The notes under the pieces are model-generated. The model searched no databases and was not told the DNA's origin. It was given only the letters and a program-made list of their open reading frames with translations. A program made the position numbers and the translations under genes. A stretch of DNA of 64,000 nt from Anthoceros angustus (taxonomy: Eukaryota; Plantae; Anthocerotophyta). Numbering within the stretch: position 1 is the stretch's first letter; each line of letters begins with the position of its first letter. The stretch is from the NCBI GenBank assembly GCA_010909165.1, contig VJWM01000025.1, forward strand, positions 310,001 through 374,000, given 5' to 3'. Positions 34,838 through 47,326 of the stretch are shown here, piece by piece.

Positions 34838-36347
34838 TCAGCTCTCTGCTTCCGGTGCTTCTGGTGCCACCTGGGGAGGAGGAGAAGGAGCCCTTTCTTG
34901 GCCGGCAGTGACCGGACTGATGATGATCTTCTTTTCATCGAACTCGATGACACAATGCTCCGGGCCATCAGGGACGGCCTCCTCCTCTCCCATCCCGCCT
35001 TTGACGCCATGCTTTTTGTAGTATGCATACAGCGCCAGCTGAATTCCACCTAACACGGTTCCCAGCCCGTTGGGAAGCTGCAATTTGAGATGAAACAAAT
35101 ATCAGTGTGGACACGCGGTGTTTCTCGCTGTTGCCGAGTGAATTAAGGCGAGGGAGCATCTTACGATTATAAACACATCTGCCGCAAAGCATCCATACGC
35201 TGTCCACAAGCAACCATTGAAGAAGGAAGCCAAGGACAAGAGAAAAGGCATGTACTGCACGCTCCTTGTCTTCACCACCAGTTTCTGGTGGAAACAACAA
35301 GAACATGCGTTAGGTGTGCATGGTATTGCTAATTAGGAGTAGTTGAGATGGCGTGGGAAGAGGGCAAGCAGCTTACCATGGCTGCGAGAGGTGAAGCATA
35401 CATCAAGGTCCCAATAATTACGCAAATGGATCCTACAACTACACCTTGTGAGTGATTAGGCAACGCACACACCACCACCAGAACCAGAATCGCGTAGAAT
35501 ACAGACACGCCCAGGAGCATGTAGAAGACATGAAGCTGCATACAATGAATACGGGTGCATGCGTAAGGCTCACTCATAATCGCATTTCAATCAGAGACCT
35601 CGCTCATGTACCTTTAGCCTGACTGTCTCGATTACAAGTTGTTGGTTGATTAGCACATTTGTCAGTCAGACGCTAGTGATTTTTCACTGTTGTGATGGGC
35701 AAAGATGGCGGGAATTTGAACGTCACGCGGAATTTACCTTGCCCTTTTTGGGAGCAAGAGCCAAGAAGATGAGCAGATACATCGCCTCCAGTACAAGGCC
35801 AGCTCCGTTGATGGTAAGAACTAAAGTGAGAGATTTCACCGCCCCGTACAGCAACCATAGCAGGCAATTGAGCAGAGTGCAAACATATGGTACAGCCGAG
35901 TATTCTCCGGTGCTCTTTGTTTTCAAGATCTTGAAGAATGTAGGCCTGAAAGGTTGAAATTGTCATTCTTTGCTTCTTTTCTCCGTTTGGATAGAAGCTT
36001 CACACATCCATTTGTCACACAAATTTAAAGCAGGCTATCTCGCTCTTCGAGACACGCTAATTCTTTCTTGCAGACCATCTATTAGCGTGACAAACTTTAT
36101 GTGCTGGAAATACAAGTTCTGAAGGGGCTGGATTGGTTGTTGGTATAGATACGCACGTCGGTGAGAGAAACAAGAACATGGAAGTGACGTTTCCTGCGAC
36201 ACATTACAGAAAAACATCAACAAAATTCGTGGACACCAGGAGTCATTTAGAGAGGGTTTCGCCCAATTGGAAAGGGCAGGAGAAGGGTTTGCAAAGATTT
36301 TGAAGTGTCGTACCAATCACCCCCAGTACAAACATGGCGAGCATCAT
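34838..36347 (-). CDS. SWEET sugar transporter (6 exons)
   Basis: MMLAMFVLGVIG-NVTSMFLFLSP-PTFFKILKTKSTGEYSAVPY...LWLLYG, TINGAG, MYASPL, KTRSVQYMPF, LPNGLG: two MtN3 repeats with the typical exon layout. Confidence 0.93.
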
Positions 36348-37859
36348 CCTGGAAGCGCTGTTGGACGTCCGCCTAGAGCAAGAATTGATTTATGCAGGGA
36401 AGGTCGACCGGCTCCCGGTCGAAGACACAGGTCCACCGTAGTCTATGCAAGGATAGAGTTCAATAGCATGCAGAACCTGCAACCGCCCCTTTCACGATAA
36501 GACAGAGGAAGCAAAGGAGGAAAAACAGGCGACAGCTTCCGAGGACAAATTATAGTAGAAGGCATGGTAGACACAGCACAGTGACAGGCGTGCAAGTTCA
36601 GCAAAGACGGTGGAGGAATGAAGGAATGCACGGAAAGAAAACCAAAGTAGTCCGCGGGTGAGGAATCTGCAGCCGTTGTGAGGCTACCTCCCGGAGCCAC
36701 GTCCGCAAATGGATAAGGCTACCAATGAAAGGTGAACCAGGGTTAGGCGATACTGATAGGTGAAGACATTTTACCCGACCATATGATGTATGATAAGTTT
36801 TTATTAAAGAAAAGAAGAGATGGCTGAACCCGTTTATTAAAGGACATCAAAGGGAGACCCTAGGGGTCGCAGTAAAGAAAGAATAACTAAGCTGCAATGT
36901 CATATCTAAGAAGATTGAATATATTACTGAACATTTCGAGGATGTATCTTCAATAGCCATTACTGTTCGTAAGATTATCTTGAATTAAATTAACAAATAT
37001 TAAAGGAGACTTTATGAAATATGCAGAGATAGGAAGTTCCATCTCCACGAGACGGTGGCGAACAACCAACTCGTGCTGGACTAGCCCTACAAATGTCTAC
37101 ACTGAAGTTATTCATTGCCTTCAACTTACCACCTTCAAACATGTCCTAGTTTGGAATAGAGAACAGCCTACTTACCACGGAGCAAAAGATATAACGTCTC
37201 CCCAATTGGTAGTCGTCTGGAAAATCGCGTTTGTTATAAGTTCATTAAATTAACTTTCAAAATGAATATGGTCACGTAGTAAACAGAGGGACTGCCCATC
37301 GTTTTCACCAACGGCACGTTCGGCACTCATCAGTCTACCTTAACGAACGCCATACCCCACACCCACAATGGGAGTACCACACAACAACAATGACAACCAC
37401 CCAGGCAATCTGGAACAGACAAAAACTCTAACGAGGGCACTTGCAACATATATATCAAGCCTTTACAACTCAGACCTTATCACTCACCAGCCTGGCATGT
37501 CCTTCCAAGATGAAAACAATGTTCAACGAATCCCAATGGCTGGGACCTATCTGTTATGCAATCAATCAGACACAGCTACTCAAGAGCAGTCACCAGCCGC
37601 TTAAAAAACCATCATCAAGACCACGACCCTAACGACATCGAAAGATACCTACAGATGCTCTTTCTTAGAGTAAGGTCTACTCCATCCACCAAACAAGAGT
37701 ATGAAAACAACTTTGTGCCTTGAGCAAGCTTAGCTCCCGCTGCAACTGTGCAAATCGACGCACTTTCTTCGAATAAGTCCTACTCCATTTATCCAACAAC
37801 GGTTACAAAAACCAACAACACGGAACCCAATCTCACCTCCCATTGCAATTGTGCAGAGC

Positions 37860-39394
37860 ATGGATTCTAGCAACGAAGGCGAAGGCAGGACGGATTTGGA
37901 AGTGAAGGTGGAGAATGGCAACACTCTGCGGATCGAGGATTGAGTGACCGTCCACTTCAACCAAACCTTGGGAATCCCCGATGATAATGAGACGTACCCC
38001 CTCCTGCCTGGCCTAGATTGCTTCCCCATACGAAGAATGTCGGATTACACCAATAAGGTGCCAAAGAGCTGGCGCAGGCATGGCGGGGTGTTTCTCCCCA
38101 TGTACCAGCGGGAGGCCATGTGGCTCCATTTCGGCAGCAGGCTTTGGAAGCCTAGCGCCATGAACTGGCTGTAGGCAAGGTGTGCACACTCATAGGGAAG
38201 CCGTGGTCGGAGGAGTTGCATGCGTATCCGCCGCAGCACTACCTTATGCTTACCAGGACTACCTCGTAGCCCTGGCTAGACAGCATCAACTCCAGCCACG
38301 ACACCATCAGCCAGTTCATTGCCATGCCGCTAGGGATGGGGTACGTGGTTGAAGGCGAAGTGACTGGCGAGCAGAAACATGGCGGCCTCCAAATTTGCAT
38401 CTTTGAGCCTAAGGTTGGAGTGTTTCAGGACCATCCCCATTCTCTAGTTACGCCTCCCCAATTTTTCTTCCCCAAATTTGGCGCATGGGAAGGAGGGGAA
38501 GGGGGGGGAGGGCGATGGCTCAACAGTCCAGCTTGAAAACCTAGGTATGAAGTTGACGGAGCTCACACGATTGTGGTACACCTTCAACATTCGACAATAT
38601 GAAGACAGCCTTCTCTGTACGTTAGGTAGCATCATACTATCAGCGGTGCTAGCAAGAACAGAAGGATCAATATTCAGCTCCGGATCAGGATTCCGAGGAG
38701 GAGACTTTGCTGCACTAGAAGGAGCATTAAGAAAACTCCGAGGAGGCTCTCCAACTCTAACACAGGCATCAAGATTCTAAGAACTACATTGTGCCGGTAC
38801 CGGGTCGCCTAAGGTGCAGGCACGCGAGATTGAAATGGGGCTGGGAGAGGAGGCAGCATGTGGCGGGAGATATTCGCTGACGCGCATAGCCTGCAGGTGT
38901 GGGATCAATCCACATACGCCAGGGTTTTCGTGGTTTTCATATGCATGAAAACCACGGCTCTCTATGTAGATTAAGACCGATTCAATAACTAACACAAACC
39001 CCATTCCGCCTATATTAGCCTATGAAGCCGCTTGATGTATATTCAGCCGGTTCAAATATTCTGATATTATCTGTGCAACTCTGCAATGTGGCGGGACATA
39101 ATGGAAGAGGCTCCTCCAGGTTCGCTAGAGTTAGCCTCGATATACGAGTGTTATGGTTTGCCCTGGTTCGATCTGTACTGTGAAGGGCGGGAGGGATTGG
39201 CTACCTCTCCCTCGCTGGTCACCGTCAAGACCGTGAAGGAGATGTTCCTAGCTAGAGGCTTCACTCCTCAGCAAGACGACTCCTCTGTGCCCGTTCTATC
39301 CTGGAGTGTGCATACCAGATGGCCCACCAGCCTTCGCAAAGAAACTCATTGTGGACAACAGAGAATGGTAATAGACCTATATCCACATAGGTAG
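37860..39394 (+). pseudogene. Decayed gene of a bacterial/fungal uncharacterised family (RTLRIPDD...PMYQREAMW type), possibly with a ubiquitin-like remnant
   Basis: QTLGIPDDNETYPLLPGL..FPI..VPKSWRRHGGVFLPMYQREAMWLHF; WLDSIN..QFIAMPLGMGYVVEGEVTGEQKHGGLQI; KLRGG; EMGLG.GGSM.REIFAD..WD..ARVFV; NSAMW..PP..Y..YGLPWFDLY. Stops, frameshifts and a ~130-bp insertion. Confidence 0.7.
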
Positions 39395-39524
39395 TCTTAC
39401 ATGCCCTGTGAACATGGGCATAGGCATATGCAAATGGCCCGGCAGGGACACATGACTCCCCAACTACGATCGGGCAGGATCTTATATGACTAGATAGGTA
39501 AATATTTTATATCGAGGAATGGAT

Positions 39525-41200
39525 GATTTATTGAGGTGAAAGAACGATGGAAAGAGACCATCTAGGAGGGGACAACAAATGGGGACCCGGGGGTCGGAGT
39601 GAAGAGGAGCAACTGAGCTCCCTACCTAAAGTGACCAACTGCACCCACAATGTCATATGTAGGTAGAATAAACGGCCTGCAAACCACGGAGGAAGAGGAA
39701 AAGGCATCACCCACCGTCGCTGCCTTATGGAGAATCGCCGTTGAGAGCGCCCGTTGAAGAGCGATAGAAACCCGCTGTCGGAAGTATGCTGTGAAGTACG
39801 AGAGGGACAGCCCTGCACTATGCCTGCGCGCATGGTAAGCTTTGGCACAAAACTTGACGAATTTGTCAAAGTCCTCAGCCATTGCGCCATACATTTCTAG
39901 AGCAAGCGGGATAAAGAGGGGGCCCGCTTGCATCCTGCTATACTTGCGGACCTTGAGAGCCGCTGCACAGGCAGCAGCCTAGTCTGGACGGTTGGTGATG
40001 ACCTGGGCGGAGGTGGCGTCACGTGCAGGATCAGTAACCACTACATCCGCCACCACAACCTGGTCGCCACGGACAAGGTATAAGTCATACGATTGAGCGA
40101 CACCGAAGTATACTCCGCTCCTCCGGGCCATATAGCCACTTTCGCGAGCAATGGCAAACATGACGCCACGGATGGCGTCGTGAGTGGCAATGCGATGACC
40201 CGTGGGGACAACGAGCAAGGTGGACACGAGACGTCAAGGCGAGCCGCACTCACAAGTGAGGAGCGAAGAAGCCACAGGCTGGAGTAGGCCGAGATGGAAT
40301 CGCATCGCAGTAGTGAAGGTGGTTGGTGCGATGTGAAATCCCCGTATGCATGGGCGGGCCAGTAGCCAAGCACCTGCTCCCTTCCCAGAACAAGAGCGGA
40401 GCCGCGCTCTAGTGGACCTGGAGATGGAGGGCCGAGCTGCTTCTCGAGCAGAGATGCCTGCAATCCCCTAAAGCCATCAGTGATAAATGTAGAGAAAGGA
40501 GGGAAGTCCTTCTGAGCATCTGCTGATAACATGTCTCTGGCCCGCCTCAAGGACGATTGAGAGAGAAGGTTCCTCCTCCACACTTGATACGAGATCCTCG
40601 AGAAAGGGCTTGTCATGGAGGATGAAACGGAAGCCAAGGCAGGCAGAGGGCCCAACTCCCCAAGAAAGCCGGGAAGAGACCTCCGATGAGAGCACCCCAC
40701 GCCCAAATTGCACAGTGGATGCTTGCCGGCTAGGACGCCCCTGTGGCACTCAAAAGCCCCTGAGCCCAGGATGTCCCCAAGAGTATCCATAATCTTCGTA
40801 TCAAACCCCCGGAGCCGGACAAAAGGACCGGAGACGAGGCACAGACGGATGAGGTACCCAGGGCGCCTAGCGAAACAGAAGGAAAGGATTCCAAAGGCCA
40901 CCTGAGCATCCTCCAGCAAAGGGAGGTCCCCAATATGGGAGAGGTCCTCTGCAAGGGCCTTGTCCAGAAGCTCCCAATGAAGTCTGGGAACCAAAGGGGA
41001 CCCCAAGAACTGCACTAAGAGCCGGAGGAATCTCCCAAAACCGCAGAGTAGGCGTGATCCCGACGGGACCGACGCTGCACTTGGACATCTTGACCTTCAA
41101 GCCCACCAACGAAAGCTCGGAAGAGAATATCTCAAAGGCCTCCTTGACTTTGTCCCCAGGGCCGATGATGTGAGAATCTTCTGCCAACGAAGGGAAGACA
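39525..41200 (-). mobile_element. 5'-truncated, degenerate RLE-type (CRE/Cnl1-like) non-LTR retrotransposon
   Basis: RT end (FPSLAEDSHIIG, GLKVKMSKC, VLGVPFGS), GAGAWL, CECG...THDAIR zinc knuckle, DLYL..ADVVVTDP, K..KY..FIPLALEMYGA, RQRVSIALQR; AATAAA at the 3' end. Confidence 0.8.
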
Positions 41201-41499
41201 AAGTCGCGCGCGGAGAGGGCGGCCCTAGACCCCTAGGGCCCTATATCCAGATATCCAGATATCCAGATAATATTTTATATCCAGATTTTTTCTTAACTTA
41301 TTTAATTATTAAAGATTATGTTTGTAATATTAAAATAAATATGAATTCGTGTTTTGAAGCCCAACTTGCAAGCCCATCCAAGGTGATCTAGGTCCCGTCA
41401 TGATTTTTTTATTTTTATTTTTTCTTAAAATAAAACAACTATATACACCCGTTTTATATATGTATGTACCTGCTGTACATATATGGTTATATAGATTTC

Positions 41500-42590
41500 T
41501 TTGTTCAATAAGGGGAAAAACAATGGGAAGAAGCCCATCAAGCAAGGAACAACTAAGGAGGACCCCGAAGGTCAAGATGAAAAGGAGCGACTACGCTCCC
41601 TACCTAAAGCTACCTAATGCTCCCAAAACATCATATGCAGGAAGAACAAAAGGCTTGCAAACTATGGAGGAAGAGGAAGAAGCGTCGCCGCCTTGTGAAG
41701 GATTGCCATCGAGAGAGCCCTTTGAAGGGCAATGGAGACGCGCTGTCTGAAGTAAGCTGTGAAATAAGAAAGGGACAGCCCCGCACCATGCCTGCGCGTA
41801 TGATAGGATTTGGCACAAGACTTAAGAAATTTATCGAAGGCCTCGACCATTGCTCCATACATCTCAAGTGCTAGCAAAATAAAGAGGTGGCCTGCTTGCA
41901 TTCCGCAGTACTTTCTAACCTTCAAAGCAGAAGCTCCGGTGGCAGCCCAACCAAGATAGTTAGTGATGACCTGAGCAAAGATGGTGTCGCAAGCAGGGTC
42001 AATAACCACCACATCGGCCATCGAGACCTGGTCACTGGGGACAAAGTACGAGTCAGCCTTTATTGAGTGACTTGTACGAAGAGTGTACCCTCGCTCCCTC
42101 CAGGCCATGTATTCGCTTTCGCGAGCTATGGCAAACATGACATCGTGAACTACGTCATGGATGGCGATACGGTGACCCCCCTGGGGATAACAAGCAAGGT
42201 GTACCCAGAGTCATCGAAGGCAGAGCCGCACTCGCAGGTAAGGAAGGAGGATGCCACACGCTAGAGTAGGCCAAGAAGGAATCACGTCGCAGTGGTGAAA
42301 GTGGTCGGTGTGATAACAAACCCTCGAATACATGGACGAGCCAGAAGCCAAGCACCTACGCCCTTATTAGACCAAGAGCAAAGCTAAGCGTTTGTAGACC
42401 TGGGGATGGAGGAGTCCAAGAGGACGGATTGGAAAGCTTGGCTGACTCAGCCAAGCTCTCCAACAATGCCTGCAACCCCTTGGAACCGTTGGAAATGAAA
42501 GTCGAGAGAGAGGAAATTCCCACATGGCATTCGCATAAAGCATTTCCTTGGCCCGCCTCATGGAAATTTGGAGAGGGAAGGGTCCCTCCT
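41500..42590 (-). mobile_element. Second, shorter degenerate copy of the same CRE-like element
   Basis: MFAIARESEY...ADVVVIDP...LKVRKY..ALEMYGA...RQRVSIALQRALS; colinear with 39525-40560. Confidence 0.8.
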
Positions 42591-42619
42591 CCGCAGCAGA
42601 AACAAGACCTTATAAAAAG

Positions 42620-42740
42620 AGTTGTACATACATATGTGGTTATACGTATGTATAACCGTTGCATATATGTGTGTACAACAATTGTATATATATATGTACC
42701 GTTGTATATATGTATGTTACCATTGTATATATGCATGTAG
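42620..42740. repeat. AT-rich degenerate ~21-bp minisatellite (ttgtatatatgta-like)
   Basis: Repeated gttgtatatatgt units; similar sequence at 41445-41495. Confidence 0.6.
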
Positions 42741-43233
42741 CCCTACCTTACTACTTTGAATAACACATGTATGAGAGGGCACGGTTCAACTAGCGTTTTG
42801 TAGTAGATAGATAGAGTATCTACATTCAACTTACTTTAGTCAAGAAGACCTTTGTGTTTCTTTTAGTGAGTAGATCATATACAAATTTCACTTAATTTAG
42901 TCCCAACAGTTTTTTAAGGAATATATCGAGTATTACATTCAAATTGAATTTAGTGTTGAGAATTACAATTGTGAGTAGATCTATTATTAGTATTCCACTT
43001 AATTTAGTCTACAAAGCTTATAATTACATAAATAAACGACTAGCGGGTTTAGAAGAGCTTTACGACAGTGGCGCATTGCCGACGAAACATTTATCACATA
43101 AATCGGTAGTTCTTGAACTTAAAAATTTTGGGCCTTCATAAACCATATCAAGGCACCATACACAAGTAGTGAGAAGCCTAGGAGGCCAATGAATAGCCAT
43201 GAGCATAAGTTTCAATAGCGAGTACTAGTAGAT

Positions 43234-45033
43234 TTATTTGATTTTGCTGTAATGAACTTGGGCTTTCACAATTGCTTCTCCTTTAACTTGAAACCCTGGA
43301 AAGATCATAAAGTTTGCTCGAAGTGGGACTTGGGAACTTATTGGTTTTGAAGTTGTAAAATGAGGTTGCATGAATAACTCATTGTATGATACACCTTTGT
43401 TCAACTTGAACATAGTCACGGGGGGCTCAAAAGCAAAAGCTAATCTGTGAGCTCTCCAGACCCAGAACATAGCACGAGAGAACTCCTCTTCAAGCATGCT
43501 CGACCATGTTGTTCTTGAAAGGTTCATCATCTCGACCACTAGTTGAGCTTTCTTCTGTAATAACGGTAGAAACGAATGAGTAGGTCTTGCAGTGTGATAT
43601 TCTTTCATGAATGCAATCTGGCGCTCGCGTGGTTGTAAAAAAATTGCTTTCTCATCATGTATTCCAAACAAGTCATGCTCAAAATTTAAAAATATTGCAT
43701 CATTTCCACAGCTTTCAATGTAACACATAATATCCTCCATCTTGGATTCATTGAGATTTATGTTGTTAGAACCTTTCAAACGTAGAAAAGTTTCGCGAAC
43801 ATGTTCTTCACTCATTTTTGACCTCAAAGTGGCAAAGAATCGATGAAGAAGCACACTGCACTTTCTTATAGTGTTTATAAACATGTGTGGCTCTGCAATA
43901 TGCCTTTCGTTTTGAACATATTGTTCACTATTGTGGTTTGTGTCATATCCAATTTCATTGTTCACCACTGGTTGGACCAATTCTTGTAGTTTCTTCCGTG
44001 CTAGTACAATGTCGTCGTCTTCTTTTTCTTCTAGTACAATATCTTGTCCATTGTCAATATCTGAATAATGAGGGTTTGGTTTCCTTAACATTTCTGACTT
44101 CAACATCACATCTCTTAATTCTCGCTTCTCCAAATGCACTGCATCCGCCTCATTATCAACAGTGTTAGTGGCTACAACATCCTGACATGAGACATTTTGT
44201 CCAACAGTTGGTTCTCCATGTAGTTTTACTTCTCCATTTAAATTTTTATGACCAAGCTTTTTACTTGAAGTTGGCGAAGACGCTAGATATTGCTTTTCCT
44301 GAAGCTGTTGATACGCTTCCTGAACATTATGTAAATTCATCACATCTTCGAGAAACTGAGCCATAAGATCTTGTTTATCAGATTGAAAAGATTGAACAAA
44401 CATATCGTGAGAATGATCCTCCTCCCGAATTGGTGTAAGTAGAAATTGGTATTTACATGGATCCTTGTGCATCCGGCTTTTCTTTGCTTGCAAAACATTT
44501 GAACTTGCATCATTCTGCATTTGAAGAATTTGCTCTGGATTAACAATCGTCTCAATTTTAGGGATGGAGATTGTCTGCTTAGAAGATCCCATGAAAACTT
44601 CGGATGATTGATTGGAAGGATTCTTCCTTCCAGTCCTTTGAAACTCTGTTGCTTGATTTGTACTACCACTTACCGCAGGTTGGCTTTCAGTATCATTTAC
44701 CATAGGCTGATTTGTTGTACTTTTTACCACAGAATTATGATTCACTGAAGTGAATCCTTGTGGACCTAGCCTTGCTATAAAGGGATCTATAGTCGCATTT
44801 GCTTCAAATATTGAACTCGGTTTGCCATATATTTCGAATTTCTTTTTTGGACTGACTTTCACCTGTTGACTAAAGTGTGCTTTGAATACATCCCCACATG
44901 GTTGACATGAGCAATTTTCCCTCTCTTTGTGAGTTGAGATTGTCTCAATTCTTTTGAACTTGGTTGCTTTCTTTGGTGGAGCCATTATCGTCACACATAA
45001 GTGGTGAAGCAAGCACAATCTTACATAGAGCAT
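43234..45033 (-). CDS. Intronless protein with a C-terminal GIL1/IRKI-like domain and a divergent N-terminus (start 45033 or 44985)
   Basis: 599-codon ORF in AT-rich DNA; FSRAMFWVWRAHRLAFAFEPPVTMFKLNKG.SY.ELFM...FMIFPGF.V...VKAQVH resembles the IRKI/GIL1 C-terminus. Confidence 0.7.
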   Translation of the reverse strand: MLYVRLCLLHHLCVTIMAPPKKATKFKRIETISTHKERENCSCQPCGDVFKAHFSQQVKVSPKKKFEIYGKPSSIFEANATIDPFIARLGPQGFTSVNHNSVVKSTTNQPMVNDTESQPAVSGSTNQATEFQRTGRKNPSNQSSEVFMGSSKQTISIPKIETIVNPEQILQMQNDASSNVLQAKKSRMHKDPCKYQFLLTPIREEDHSHDMFVQSFQSDKQDLMAQFLEDVMNLHNVQEAYQQLQEKQYLASSPTSSKKLGHKNLNGEVKLHGEPTVGQNVSCQDVVATNTVDNEADAVHLEKRELRDVMLKSEMLRKPNPHYSDIDNGQDIVLEEKEDDDIVLARKKLQELVQPVVNNEIGYDTNHNSEQYVQNERHIAEPHMFINTIRKCSVLLHRFFATLRSKMSEEHVRETFLRLKGSNNINLNESKMEDIMCYIESCGNDAIFLNFEHDLFGIHDEKAIFLQPRERQIAFMKEYHTARPTHSFLPLLQKKAQLVVEMMNLSRTTWSSMLEEEFSRAMFWVWRAHRLAFAFEPPVTMFKLNKGVSYNELFMQPHFTTSKPISSQVPLRANFMIFPGFQVKGEAIVKAQVHYSKIK

Positions 45034-46368
45034 TTACTAGCACCCCAACACCAAAATAAGCGTTACACCAGAAAATGAAACACAATGTACTCAAGCCTCT
45101 AGACAATATAACATTTAATAGTCTCTAGCTAGGTGTCCTCTTCTTACATGATCAAAGTTTTATTTTCATATATACCTAAAAATAATAATATATACATATA
45201 CTATAGAGGATTAGAGTAGCATATTACAATATTTTCAAGACTGCCAATAGACCATAATAAAGACCCTAGAGTTTTATAAGCATGATTTCTCCTTCATCCG
45301 GCTCCCACAAAAGATTAGATAAATTTCGGAGAGGAGATACGTCTTTCTTCGAGAAAAGCAAAGAAAAAAAAAAAACAGTGTTATCTTCTCTCCTCTTTTT
45401 TCTTTTCCTGTTAGACTTGCTGAACTTCCCTTATATCACTTTCAATGTCTCGATGCCGTATGAGCTCCACTCGCCCTTTTTTAATCGAATTCCTTCACAA
45501 CCATTAGACACGATTTCAAAATCTGTCACACTTTGCCAATGGTAAGAACGTTGAGCTGCAGTGTAACTACTAGACGAGAGATGTCTGATGGAAGATGACA
45601 GGGGCATGCTTGTTTTGTAAACAACCTCATCATGAGCAATAAGCCATGGTCTCTCACATCTTGAGTTCTCAAAAGTGAGTGAGTTCTTAAAAGTGAGGGA
45701 GTGAGCACTCCTAATATAGATGATGCAGTAAGTGAGTGCTTCTAAATTTTATCTCAGAGTGAACTAGAAATAGTCTATTTTAGATTCTTATTATTACTTG
45801 TAGCATCCGTTGCCCGAAATTCAAATATAGAAGTTGCTTTTTCTAAAATAGAACTTACTTGTAGTATCTTCCCCTAAAAAGGTAAACTTACTTACTCTCT
45901 CCTCTCTCACAAGATATGACGGAGGGGTAAACTCTAATCCATATGGGAAACCCTCTATGCCAAAAAAACCTAGTGCAAGAGATAATAAAAAGAAAAACGC
46001 AATTCCATTGTAGAAGCCTTCCATCTTCATCCATTCTTTTCCATAACAAGTCTCATGACCTTCCGAACTTAGGACCCTTACGCACTGCTAATCCAGAAGC
46101 TCAGTTTGGCTAGTTCAGTTCCAAGCCAAGTCAACTTCGAGCTGAGCCCAAATTGGGAGCGCATAGACATATTCCGTCCAAACTGAACTGTCACGAATTA
46201 ACAAATGAACTAAAAAGATGAAAATTCAACGACCTGAACTGTCAAGCATTAACAAATGAACTAAGATGGAAAACAAAACATATCGTACATTTTATTTTTA
46301 CCAATCACCCACGAAGAGTAAAGCGTATCCTATACTTTACTCTTTTGTGGAAGTTCACTTAAGTTCAA

Positions 46369-46613
46369 TTCGACGCTGAAGTGTCCCCTTGGCACATAGT
46401 TCAATGAAGTGACCTGACATGGGTTTGAGGAAACAAGCCATCTGAAAGATTCGACGCTGAAGTGTCCCTTGCCATATAGTTCGATGAAGTGACTTGACAT
46501 CGGTTTGAGGAAACAAGCCATCCGAAAGGTTCGACGCTGAAGTGTCCCTTTGCCACATAGTTCGATGAAGTGACTTAACATCGGTTTGAGGAAACAAGCC
46601 ATCCGAAAGGTTC
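46369..46613. repeat. 80-81-bp tandem repeat, 3 copies
   Basis: ttcgacgctgaagtgtccc...gaggaaacaagccatc.gaaag starts at 46369, 46450 and 46530. Confidence 0.92.
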
Positions 46614-47326
46614 TTAGTATTCCGACACTAACTCCGGATAACCAAAAAAACTTTACCTGAATGAGAAATCATCTTTGCAATCAAGTCATTATACTGAAAT
46701 TTATCTTACATCCCTGGTAAAATTAAAATATAACCGGTTGTGAAGTATGAGAAACAAAAAAGTCTAGGGATGTAATCCACATTGTAATAGTCGTGTAATC
46801 CAGTTTGAGAAGCTGTGAGTGGGCCATTCTCATATGTCCAGTTGCCACTCGGAGCCAGAAGGCCCCCATGGGAGACAATACATAAGGAGACATCGATGTG
46901 CTCGGAATTATGAAGAGGCTGCTGAAATCAACAATGCAACAGGCAGGGCACAAGAGCAGGGGAGTTCCAGGAAATGGACTATGAGTAGTCCAGTATGCGG
47001 CATGCAGCCCTAACAGGGAACTGTAGGGGCCCGGGACTGGAAGACAGGGAATGAAGAGTGGCCCGGGCTCATCAAGCCAGCTCCCTCTGCTGTGGGGTTG
47101 GTAAAAGGCAGGTATGTAGGCAGGCACAAATAAGCCAGGCAGGAACCTCTGCATTTCGTCGAGGAATGCAAACACCGTTTTCATGTCCAAAAACTTGCGA
47201 CTCTCACGTTCTCTTTAGGACTCGGCCAGAAGCCACCACCACCGTACATGGGAGAGTGCTCCACATCGAACAAGAAAGCTACATTACGATTGCCGACCAG
47301 CTCCAATTATGTATGGCACGGCACTA

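Noticed and set aside
37400-37720. Possible Gypsy integrase/chromodomain remnant (QWLGP)
   Set aside because: Similarity too weak and fragmentary.
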